A stretch of 63,783 bases of DNA, filler included, from Choristocarpus tenellus KU-1152 (taxonomy: Eukaryota > Protista > Phaeophyceae): assembly GCA_964200185.2 (NCBI GenBank). It is 8 parts of 8 records of this genome, joined end to end, with 100 filler letters (N's around TTAATTAATTAA, not from the genome) between each part and the next. Parts side by side here need not be neighbours in the genome. Positions count along the whole stretch, not along the records: positions 53,079 to 59,220 come from CAXNAD020008843.1; positions 59,321 to 63,783 come from CAXNAD020014433.1; 6 more parts are not named here. One strand, 5' to 3'. This document shows, in pieces, positions 54,018 to 63,783 of this stretch; position 1 is the first letter of the stretch; every line of letters begins with the position of its first letter. The position numbers and the translations under genes are program-made. The notes beneath the pieces were generated by a model, which was not told the origin of the DNA, did not search any database, and saw nothing but the letters and a program-made list of their open reading frames with translations.

Positions 54018-55880
54018 CAGTTGATGTACCTATATAAGAGAGATGGATATAAGAGAAACAAGATATAAGACAGGTTTTGGCTTTTTCCTTCCAATTATCT
54101 CTTACATAGAGCAAACTTTCATTCTTTTTCACTACTTGATAGAGTGGTTTCTCTAAAAGCCATGTCTAGAGTTAAGCAAAATATACAAAAGCACAAACCT
54201 GCTCGACACCACCACTACAAAACATACAGTCTCTTGTCTCTCAGTACTGTACAGTACAGTAAGTACAGCATGTCACATCAAGTTTAGATGACTGCATTCT
54301 ACAGATATAACGATGCCCTGCGCATCGGGATCCAGCTGCAACATAAAGTGTAATACTCCTGGTCCGCCACTATACATGCCGTGTCGTGTTTGTAGTGACT
54401 ATCTTCATCACATTTGTGGCGTCGCGGATCCTTTAGGTGCCAGCAAAATGGAACCCGTGTGGAAATTGTGCGTGAGCCCCACCAAGCGCAAGGCTTCGAG
54501 TCCTCCAGCCAGTGACAACACGGCGTCAAAGTGCTATAATAACAAGAACAAGGGCAAGGGGAAGGTGTTGCCAAATTTATCTACGGAGAAAGTCTCTCCC
54601 TACAAACAAGCCTTGCGGTGCCGACAATCTTGAACGTTTGAACTTTGCAGAGAAGGTGAGAGCGTTGAGAGTCCTGAAGACCATGATGGGAACTGCGGTT
54701 GCTCAAAGTTTGGAATCGATCACACAGCACCCTCTACAATTTGAAGGATGCAACAACCATCATGGAGAACGCACAGACACTGAAGCCTGATGCCAAGTCT
54801 ACGAGGGGTGTCAAACAAGTCGAATTGCATTGGCGCGCGTATTGAAAGTCTGAAATTAGGTTGATTGTGATCGTGATTGAATTGCCTTTCTGCACTGTCT
54901 GCTGATCAGGATCATTATTGAATTTTTTGAAATTGTGCGCGCGTTGCTGTTGTATTGTAATGTCTATACTGTGCACTATAGTATCACAGGTGGCCATTTT
55001 GCTCGTACAAGGTGTCCCTATATATTAAAGAGGATCTCTCTAATGCTCTGGACGCTCAGCGCTCCAAACCCGAAGGAAACCCGTCTCAGGCTTCCATCAA
55101 CGCAGCAAGACCGTGGATCGGTGTGAAAGACAACAATGAATTGGCCAATGTGACACTACAGGGCATGAAAGACCAGCTGAATGAAAGTATCTTAGAGGGT
55201 ACGAGTTTTGCCCTGTTTGCTCATTTGGGACTTGGCTTCCCATGGGTTTTTTTGTAACGTTTTCCTATTCCAAAATATTTCGGAATAGGTGAAACGTATA
55301 CGTTATGAAAAGGTGTGTCCGGAACATGGATATTGACACTTCCTAACAAACGCGAGAGTCAAAAATTACATCAAAATCGCAACATTGGATTTTGCCTACC
55401 AAATGGACACGCATCTACCCTCTAAGATACTTTGACTCAGCTGCTCAAGAAATTCTTCTACCAGTCAGACAATGAAAGCTCGAGTGACGAGGATGACGGT
55501 GGGTTTATGGGAGGGGGCAGTGCATCGGGGGCCGTGAGGAAAGGAGCAACCTCTTCGGTGTTCTCAATTCCTCCACCGCCGTACTCTCAAGTAGCTGACG
55601 AGTTTGCATGTTTAGAAACCACCGTCCAAGAGTGCAGCTTGAACCATGTTTTGTACTAATATATCTCCAGAAAGCAAAGCTGAATTGGCTCAGCGCAATC
55701 GGGGCAAGGGCAATCAAAGAAGCGGATAATTGCGAATTTTTTGGCAGTCGCGATTTTTTTATCAAGGAATAAGTTGTTTTACTTAGTGCGTGCGATGGGA
55801 GGTGCATGACGGTGTAGCTACATTTGATCGACGGTGGTGTTTTCATACTGTACTTTATAATATCCTTGTAGAGTGCAATT
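54018..55880 (+). mobile_element. Internally deleted pogo/Tigger-like DNA transposon remnant
   Basis: TA|CAGTTGATGTACCTATATAAGAG start; Cys/His N-terminus (C..C...LHHICG), HTH-psq-like RLNFAEKVRALRVLK, acidic C-terminal tail (ESSSDEDD..PPPYSQV); no DDE core seen. Confidence 0.4.
55179..55438. mobile_element. MITE family B (complete, 260 bp)
   Basis: GAATGAAAGTATCTTAGAGGGTA...TACCCTCTAAGATACTTTGACTC; perfect 4-bp flanks AGCT/AGCT; removal restores the host frame MKDQL|LKKFF. Confidence 0.92.
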
Positions 55881-56370
55881 GAATAAGTAGGGCAGGGCAT
55901 TGGAGGGAGATTGGCTTCGACAAATGACTAGATTTGAGCTGCGAGTCGTCTGTCCAGTCATCTGACGGCTTGCGGATGCTTTTCTTGGGAAGGTTTTTTA
56001 TACATACGAATGAATACATATTTATTGTTATGCCCTCTGAAATTTTACAGATAGATAGATGTGTCAGGGGGGAAACAAATGAAAACTATACATACGAATA
56101 CATTGTAATGAGTGTAATTTTGCCCAAGTTACAGTACGGTATACATATGTTTACTAATGTAATACAACAGTGGTACTACAAATAATCTACGACTAACACA
56201 ATTCAGAAAATATCTTAGTGAGAAGTATGACAGTCTTCCTTTCTTACCCTAATTTACTAGGTACTCAACTCACTACATTTCGTGGGTGTGACAGGATGTC
56301 ATACGCTAAAATACAAAACACATATTTAAAGAACGACTGGGATGATGTGTACACTCGTTGAAAATAGTTA

Positions 56371-56950
56371 ACAGCCCATTTCAAAAATTGAGGATGGAGC
56401 TTTTCATTGAGGATGGTCTTGACCCAAAATTGACTGGGATAAAGTGTCGATATGTTTTTTTTTGTATTTTTTTGTGAGAACCGAGGCAAACTGTCAGCAA
56501 TAAGGCATAAACATATTTCTTGGATAACCACTGCTTATTAAGGATGCAAGGTAAGGCATTAGGAAACAAATTTGGATCAAAATTGGAAACGTGGAAATAC
56601 GTATCAAAGGTATTACAAACAGCAGTGAAGTTCTACTCCATAGCTTTCAAGTGCTCCAGGGTTTGGCCTTGAAACTTGGAAAAACATATTTGTGCGTCAG
56701 ATGTAAGTTTTTGAGCCATAGAATCCTCGGAAAGGCATAGGTTCATGTCTCCACGATCTCACACTGAAGCATATACTTCTGAAGCACCAGATCAACCAAA
56801 ACAGATGAGTACATACCTGAAAAGTGCAGGCCCGACTGATCAGAAAATGGAGTTTAAAAAAAAATACATATCGACACTTTATCCCAGTCAATTTTGGGTC
56901 AAGCCCATCCTCAATGAAAAGATCCATCCTCAATTTTTGAAATCGGCTGT
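56371..56950. mobile_element. 580-bp MITE with about 95-bp TIRs flanked by TA
   Basis: ACAGCCCATTTCAAAAATTGAGGATGG..GACCCAAAATTGACTGGGATAAAGTGTCGATATG and its reverse complement at about 56857-56950. Confidence 0.9.
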
Positions 56951-58788
56951 TAGTTGCCTAACTAATAATGGAGGGATGAAGTCGTGTTGTAGACATAATA
57001 TGTGTCATTACGTCGTAGCGAATTGTGTTTGCCTCAGATTGTATGAACTACCAAATGGAAGGCCTTTCCATTTTGACCCGTAATAGAGTTGTGCTTGACG
57101 GATTGCTGGCATTGACATGTCCAACAGGGCCTACTCTTAATAACGAATCCGTTGTGACCACCCCCTGCTCGACTCGTGAACATCGTCATGGTCGATAGTC
57201 TATTTTTAGAGAGTTTACGCGTCATCACTCAATATTGTTCTGAAATGTGTAAGTACTACATAGTTCTTGGTAGTAGGTAATATTACAGTACGGATCACTT
57301 CGTGTATTTGGTATTTCAAGTATGGTTGGTGTACCTATATAATAGAGGGTAGGGACAAGCCCAAAACCCCTCTCATATATCCCGGTCCTCTATTATTGTT
57401 GAATATAAGAGCGCTTTTCTCTTAAACCGAGGGATCGTGATAAGAGAAACCTATGTTATATCGACCAAAAAAGTGGTCGTAGGTACTTTATACTTGTCCC
57501 AGAACGACAACAGAGCGATGTCCTTGCTATATGTGCTTCCCATGTGCCTTCAAGAGTAGTTACGTGTAGATATGTATTGAACATTGCCCTCAGTGAGCCC
57601 ATTTCGATGGAGCTGTGGTGGTGCAGCAAGGACCACATCTACACCACCCTTCCACAGTATACCAGTGTCATAACCTTCACTTATAGTTCAGGGACTATCC
57701 CGACCTGTGGTCAGAGGCACTTCACACTGTAATACTATCATTATGCTTTTCATCATACCAACTATTTTAAGTTGTTTTTGCACCACAGTTGGTTGTACTA
57801 CACCATAGGTGCCTTCTTGTGTTGCTCGCACGTTTGATACAGGTATTCCACTGTTTATTGATGCTTCCCCTTCCTCGTATCTTCTCGTGCTGGACCTGCC
57901 TCACATCGTTGTTTGGCAATGATGCCTTACCACATCATTCTTAGGTCATTGGTCTTTTGTGATATAGAGACATAGGATAGTAAATAGGTGTACAAAATCC
58001 GTAACGCTTACACGGGCTCCATGTTCTAGGTAGAGTATCTAAAAGCCAGACTTGCATGGGAAAAAGTAGTGTGGTATCCACAAACCTGAACCCACAAAAT
58101 TGCTGCATATAATAGGCCCCCTAAGACCACTGAGTCACGAAGATGCTCCTCTTTCATTCAGGAGTTGCTGACTTGTTGGCTAGCTGTACGTGGGGTATTG
58201 CTTTTGTCATGCCCTGAATCGCATCACACCGAGCTGCTCGAATTCTTCACGCTTCCAGAATTTCACCAAGGGGTATCGTTTAGGGATACTTGCCTTTCCT
58301 TGCATCCAGTGCCACACACAGAGCATGGAGTATATGAGTATCTCTCAAGTCAGTGATAGTTTACTTGGTTCGCTCTCGGTGCTCTTGGTGACAAATGTTC
58401 GTTAGCAGTGGTCTGGCACCCTTTGCCCCCATGTTCGAGCTCATTGCTCCCAACATAGTGAGGCTCCTCTCAATTTGTAGACAATCGTCCTGACGAAACC
58501 TAATTCTGCTATCTGCTTTCTGCCATTCGAAATGGATAACATGAGGGTGTGATTCAAGATCTATGTGGGCATACGGGGGTAAGAATTCTCCTTTGTTGGG
58601 CCTTCAGGCGCATAAGAAGCATTTATGATGGGAGGTGCGGGATGCACACTCTAATCAGCACAGCCAGAGGACTGAAGTGGGATTGTAGTCTGCGCTCCAT
58701 TTGTGTTGTTACGTTCGTGTCTGTCCTTAGGTAAAGATGTAGAGAATACACTATTACTTCCTCTCCTGTGTGTAGGTTGATATGAAAT

Positions 58789-59045
58789 TAGTGAAATCAA
58801 CCGAGAGGTAGGCAGGGTTGCATTTTAAGGATCCAGAGAAAAGGCAAAAAATATCATTTGTGTACAACTGAAGAGAGAGCCTTTGCAAATTGTGGTGTCA
58901 CTCTGTGTATGGAAAGGGGGAATATCCATTTTTCGTACACTATTGTGCACATGACAGTAAAATTAGAGTTTATTTGCCGAGGGTAAAAAAGATTACATAT
59001 AATCCCAAAGGTCCACGGTTGCCTACCTCTAAATTGGTTAAGCTC
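58789..59045. mobile_element. MITE family E (complete, 257 bp)
   Basis: TAGTGAAATCAACCGAGAGGTAGGCAGGGTTGCATTTT...GCCTACCTCTAAATTGGTTAAGCTC; flanks AAAT/AAAT. Confidence 0.8.
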
Positions 59046-59089
59046 AAATGTCGCTGCTATGCCTTTCATTGCACAACTGCGAGTTGCGG

Positions 59090-59220
59090 GATCTCTTCAC
59101 TTTCTAGAATGCTACCCAGAAGTATTGTCTAAGGAGTTCCATGGTTTGTTGGACACAGGTACCTTCAGTGCTGCAGATGTACCTCTAGGTCGTAAGGCCA
59201 TTGGTTCCAAGTGGGTTTTC
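59090..59220 (+). mobile_element. Ty1/Copia reverse transcriptase start (fragment, cut by gap)
   Basis: EVLSKEFHGLLDTGTFSAADVPLGRKAIGSKWVF. Confidence 0.85.
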
Positions 59221-59320
59221 NNNNNNNNNNNNNNNNNNNNNNNNNNNNNNNNNNNNNNNNNNNNTTAATTAATTAANNNNNNNNNNNNNNNNNNNNNNNN
59301 NNNNNNNNNNNNNNNNNNNN

Positions 59321-60300
59321 CATGGTATTGAGGTCGGGGGAGTTAGATGGCTGTGTCACAAGCCTAATCGATCACCCCTCAGTCTTCCCTGCCCCTCACA
59401 AGATTTCTGAGTTGCCCTTGCCCATGTGGGAGGTGGCATCATCTTGCTGAACAACAATGTGCTTCCCCTGCAACCAAAGCATCTTGGTCTTGAGTGCAGG
59501 CAGTAACTCCTCTGTGTACCACTTCCTGTACCACAAATGGTCTAAAGTACAGTCCTGCTCATACACATCCTCCTTTTTATGGTTCGTGCTTGCCCTGTCT
59601 GGCGTTTTTGGCGCACACACACGCCAAACACCAAGTTTTCCATCAAAGCTGTGGGCCGAATCTGGGTGGGCCTCGACTGCAATGATCATGGTTTGGGGGG
59701 ATATGATTCTTATGCTGCACAGTAGGGGACCCTGGAAGGTCGCTATCATCCCCACGCGGAATACCCTAACCCTTTCCCCATCAGCCATCACGTAAAACCA
59801 GGCTTCATCCACATGGATCGTGTTCGCCAGGGAGGTGTACACACCACGTTTCCAGTCCGCTTGATGCAAGAAAATTCCATTCTCCATACCTTTTGCCACG
59901 ATTTAAGCGTGGTTTTGATCCAACGGCGATTCGGCATGGCCTCCATATCATCCAACCACTTGTTTATGGTGTTCGTGCTATAATTCAGCCCCTTGGTGGC
60001 CATCTTTATTGTCACCTGACGCAATATGGATGACCGCTTCTTGGAGTTGATACTATGTGTTGCAGCCATCTTGGTTGGTGTGAGCTCCGAAGTCCGCCCA
60101 CTACGTGCTGGCACCCCTAGGTCAAGCGTGTGACCGCGGGCGAGCTGATCGGCGACGTCCTCCCAGAGCCCTTGCATGTAAACACTCGGACACAACAAAC
60201 TCCGCTGGGAGGGCCGGCCCAACGGGACACTGCAGTTTATACTTACCAGGGACCATCGCGAGCGCATACCGCACTGCAAGCGCAATCTTGGTATTTAGGA
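59321..60300 (-). mobile_element. Mariner (DD39D-like) transposase pseudogene
   Basis: IHVDEAWFY, FDGKLGVW, IVVQQDDATSH, QPSNSPDLN; upstream RSGRTSELTP HTH region; frameshifted. Confidence 0.88.
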
Positions 60301-60679
60301 ACACTTGGGCACCCTTCCTACACAGGAGGGTCGACGGGGGGGTTACCATGCCGACTTTCTGACCCTGGATGTGCCCAGTTCTGGCCTCAAAATCGCCCCA
60401 AAAGACTCCTACTTTGACGGCTTGAAGCACCTCGAGTTTGTACCTGATGGTCCTCGACCCTCACCTTTTCTGAAGGCTGAGATTGCCAGCCCGATTTCAT
60501 TCTGTGGGGTTATCGTCCGATTCGGCACCTTTCTCGCTCGCCGACCCCAGATGTTTCACGGCACAAACGTATGGCACAGAGGTAGTACCATATTGAAGAG
60601 TAAATATTGAAGACGGAGACTGGGGGAAGAGCCCAACAAGTCAGAGGTGTCCCTTCTTTTCCAACAGCGAGAAAGAGAG

Positions 60680-62300
60680 TCACATGGCGAATGATTGTTG
60701 CATACTTGGAACCTCATAGTGAGAAGATTGTGGTGGGTGGATTAGCATGTTGAGAGCTGTACGATTGGTAGCGAACCTGAGTTTGAGAAAGAGACAATAG
60801 TGGACAGTACCATAGTTTGTATATTTATAATATAGGGAAAGAATTTCCGTGGACAGTGCACTACGATGTATGTCAAGCTGAAGCATGTCGTGGACAATAC
60901 CCTATCTACCTACTTTTTTGTTTATGATGATGGAAGAGCATTTCGTTGACAATTCCTAGTACTTTTGTATGTTGTGCTGTGGGAGAAGGCTGTCTTGGAC
61001 AACTTGTACCCAACTTCTCGTGTTTTTGGTTTATTTCCTTAGTGAAGGAAATAGTCTTTGTAAAATGCCTCCAGTGGTTTCAAGTACTTGATGTTGAGAA
61101 CTCAACAGCTTAAAATCCGGTACCTAATAACAGGAGTGCCCCACCCACCTTTACCAAGGGCATTGGGACCTGTTTGAAACACCATCCACCGTATCGTAAC
61201 GGGGGCTTAGTGACCTGTGCAAATCCCACCAGCCGTGCAAACACATTTCGCTATGTTCAAGAGGTGATATTTAGGTGGGACCAAGACAAACCAGGATTGG
61301 GGGGGGCTTGGGATTCACCTGGCACTGAACTCTAAGTGGAATAGACGGGGGATAGTACTCAACTTTGAAGGTGCCGAAGGTGGGAACGGGGGATACAGAG
61401 TTGCCCACTACGCACTTCACACTACATTCTGTACATAAAACAGAAAAATAATGTTTGGGAATAATGATGGCAACAGTACTGCCACTACCAAGTACAGTAT
61501 TTCTTTCCATGAACTCACTCTCCAAAGAAAAGAGTCACACACCACTTGCCTAACCTTATATCCAACTACAAGGAGGGAGTTACGAATAAAAGTTGGCCCT
61601 ACTCAAGTAGAAGATGATAACTGTAAGTGGTTGTACAGCACGGCTTTTTTAGACATCATTCATTTAATGTGCACTGTGTTTAGGGTTTTTACTTGTGCTC
61701 AAGTATAGAAGAAAATTAGTGCCGTAAGGTACAAGTGTTGCACAAGCATATATGTCCCTGGGAGATAACACTCAAGGGGGTTTGCTCACCGGGGTTTGTC
61801 CTGCTAACTGGACTCAACATTGACTATTTTACAATTCTTTCTCAGGTGATACTCTTTTCATTAGAACTGGTGCGTTCATTTTAGGATGAAGAGATGTTTT
61901 TTCTCTTTCCTTGTGTATTTCAATTGACTCCAGATAGCGTTGAAGTTATTCAGCTAATGTATGCAGTATATACTTCACTCTGGGTGGTGTATGTTACAGG
62001 CAATAGTTATGGGCAGCTGTTCGCGATCAGCAGAAAACGAACCCTTACCTTTCCACGCCACACCCTGTGTCAAGGGCGCTATAACAATGTGGATAACTTT
62101 GACTTGTCCACGACCTTTTTCTGAAGTTCTTCTTCTAATCCCTTCATATCCTGCATTGCTGATCCTTCCTGCTCTTTGTTTGTACTGGATGTCTGAGGGT
62201 CACTCCCTCTCCCCCTCCTTGCTTCACCTCTCATTAATGACTTTTGCTGATGAAGGATCGAACCATCCAATGTAGTCTTTGTCATATACTACTCTGGTTG
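60680..62300 (-). pseudogene. Possible decayed Plavaka-like transposase
   Basis: Scattered minus-strand motifs in the expected order: DKTTLDG, IACNIHHPE (cf. YIADxPE), IVHDMLQ (cf. DxLHQ). Confidence 0.3.
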
Positions 62301-62489
62301 TGTAGGGACTTAGGAGGTGTTTTGATTTAGGGATTGTACAAGGCAGGTCGTACCTGAGGGGCTTCGATCAGTCATCTGAACATCTAATAGAATGCAATTG
62401 AAAGGGCAAAAATAAGGTCCTCGGTGGTCCAGTATACATCCGCCTGTCTTCCGTACCACCAACGTGTGCCTACATTCTTGACCAGTTCA

Positions 62490-62749
62490 CCGTCGAGGTA
62501 CCCAAGAGGTACCCCACTTTTTCCCCGTTTTGCTTTTATAAATCAGTTTTTCAATCTTTTGCAGTTCACCCATATTTGTATGAAGTGGTAATTTTGACTT
62601 GAGAAAGTTTACTTGCATATTGTTTGAAACTTTTCGACACAATCCGGAAAATATTTTATACGCATTATTTGTAATAAAAGTCGAATTTTACATATATTTA
62701 CCGATATTCTTAAAATCCAACTGTGGGAACCTCTCGTTTACTTTGACCC
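62490..62749. mobile_element. MITE family D (complete, 260 bp), opposite orientation
   Basis: CCGTCGAGGTACCCAAGAGGTACCC...GGGAACCTCTCGTTTACTTTGACCC; reverse complement aligns with 48233-48491. Confidence 0.8.
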
Positions 62750-63783
62750 TGAACCTACTATATTTTATTATTATGCCCCCTGACATTTTGTAGATGTGTT
62801 TGGGTGGAAACCAATGAAAACTAATAATGTCAGTAGAATAAGGCCTGAAACTACTATATCCCAACAAGATGAGTTAACTTGGTGCACAGCAAAAAAATCA
62901 AGTAATATCACTGATCCAGTTTACATCAGGTCATCTTACTTACCTAGCACCAACGTCTGTCGACATTCTTGAGCACTGAGCTAGCTATATCATCCCAACA
63001 AGGTGAGTTAACTCGGCGCCGAAATAGCTGAGTTGGGAGGAAAAGACAACAACTGCGACCAGCAGCTCCCCCAGTGTCCCAGCAGCACCACCAGAAGGAA
63101 AGGAACAGAGGGAGGGTGTAGTTTGTGTCCAGGGCAAAAGAGAGGAGAACCTCCACTACTAGCGAGCAGCCACGGTTCTCCACAATAGTAAGAGGAAAGA
63201 CGCGGGGGAGGAATTGTGCCTGGCTGGGTAGAAGGAACAGGTGGACTGTGGCAGGATATATCTGTGTCTGCCTGTGCAAAATTTGATGAATCGAAATAAT
63301 GAAAATATATGTATGTATTGTTCATAGGAGTTTTCCTCTTGTCCATGTGTATACGTCTAAAACGCCACTGTTGTATTAGAGACGTTTAGAACTATTCCCA
63401 AATCCTGTATCCCTACAGTTTCGAACAATGGATTCAGTATGGATATCCTACGGAGATCTAGAAACGTTCCTGGAGGAATGCATCGTATCTTTTACGAAGT
63501 TTCACTTCATTATTTTTGCATTATTTGATGAAAATAAAAACGATGCCCATTTTTGCTTCAGTCAAGGAGATACGTATATATCTTGCTCACGAATTCTGGA
63601 TTATTATTATTATTTATTCTACGTTTGTATTCCTCCCTATTCCCTTTTCTCCCTATATTCTAACAACCCTTGTGACCAACCAGTGCGACCTCTTCGTCAC
63701 TGATTTCCAGTCACCCCCCTATCCGATGACCAACCAGGGTGAACCCCCCTTCCCCCCCCACTTCCCGCCCCCCCCCCCTCCCC

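Noticed and set aside
19357-55257. Recurrent peptide SQAPNGQTGQN.YPL / TYATKSP..PNGQPPP in several ORFs as a small protein family
   Set aside because: These are translations of MITE families B and A; frames are not conserved between copies.
6741-59320. Recurring palindrome TTAATTAATTAA between N-runs
   Set aside because: Assembly linker with stops in six frames, not biological; ORFs ending in ...XXXLIN are artefacts.
4182-62749. Calling the MITE clan Transib/RAG-derived because CAWAGTA resembles the heptamer CACAGTG
   Set aside because: Termini extend 4 bp further to a conserved G, there is no 5-bp TSD at the CA boundary and no RAG1-like ORF is visible; only the spacing logic is analogous.

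Overview
Eukaryotic, intron-rich draft-assembly sequence made of eight contigs joined by artificial 100-bp linkers (N44-TTAATTAATTAA-N44), so adjacency across gaps is not evidence of linkage. Long repeat-filled introns, interstitial TTAGGG and the gene content suggest a stramenopile, possibly a brown-algal-type genome (inference only). Four spliced genes can be built by hand: a 3-repeat MYB transcription factor (minus, 3'-truncated), two exons of a PPR protein (minus, both with GC donors), a four-exon HAD/NT5C-like nucleotidase (minus) and, head-to-head with it, the N-terminal half of the listerin/LTN1 E3 ligase (plus, 9 exons, truncated by a gap). The rest is decayed transposon sequence: Ty3/Gypsy, Ty1/Copia, mariner, pogo-like, CACTA-like, hAT-like and Plavaka-like remnants, a solo LTR, and several MITEs and minisatellites. 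The most striking observation is a clan of about 20 short non-autonomous TIR elements in five families (A-E) with different interiors. They share a 13-bp terminal motif (G-R-N-Y-C-A-W-A-G-T-A-T-C-like) and an inner motif placed 29-31 bp from one end but 39-42 bp from the other. This one-helical-turn asymmetry resembles the 12/23 rule, and it comes with variable 3/4-bp target duplications and near-constant length in four families.
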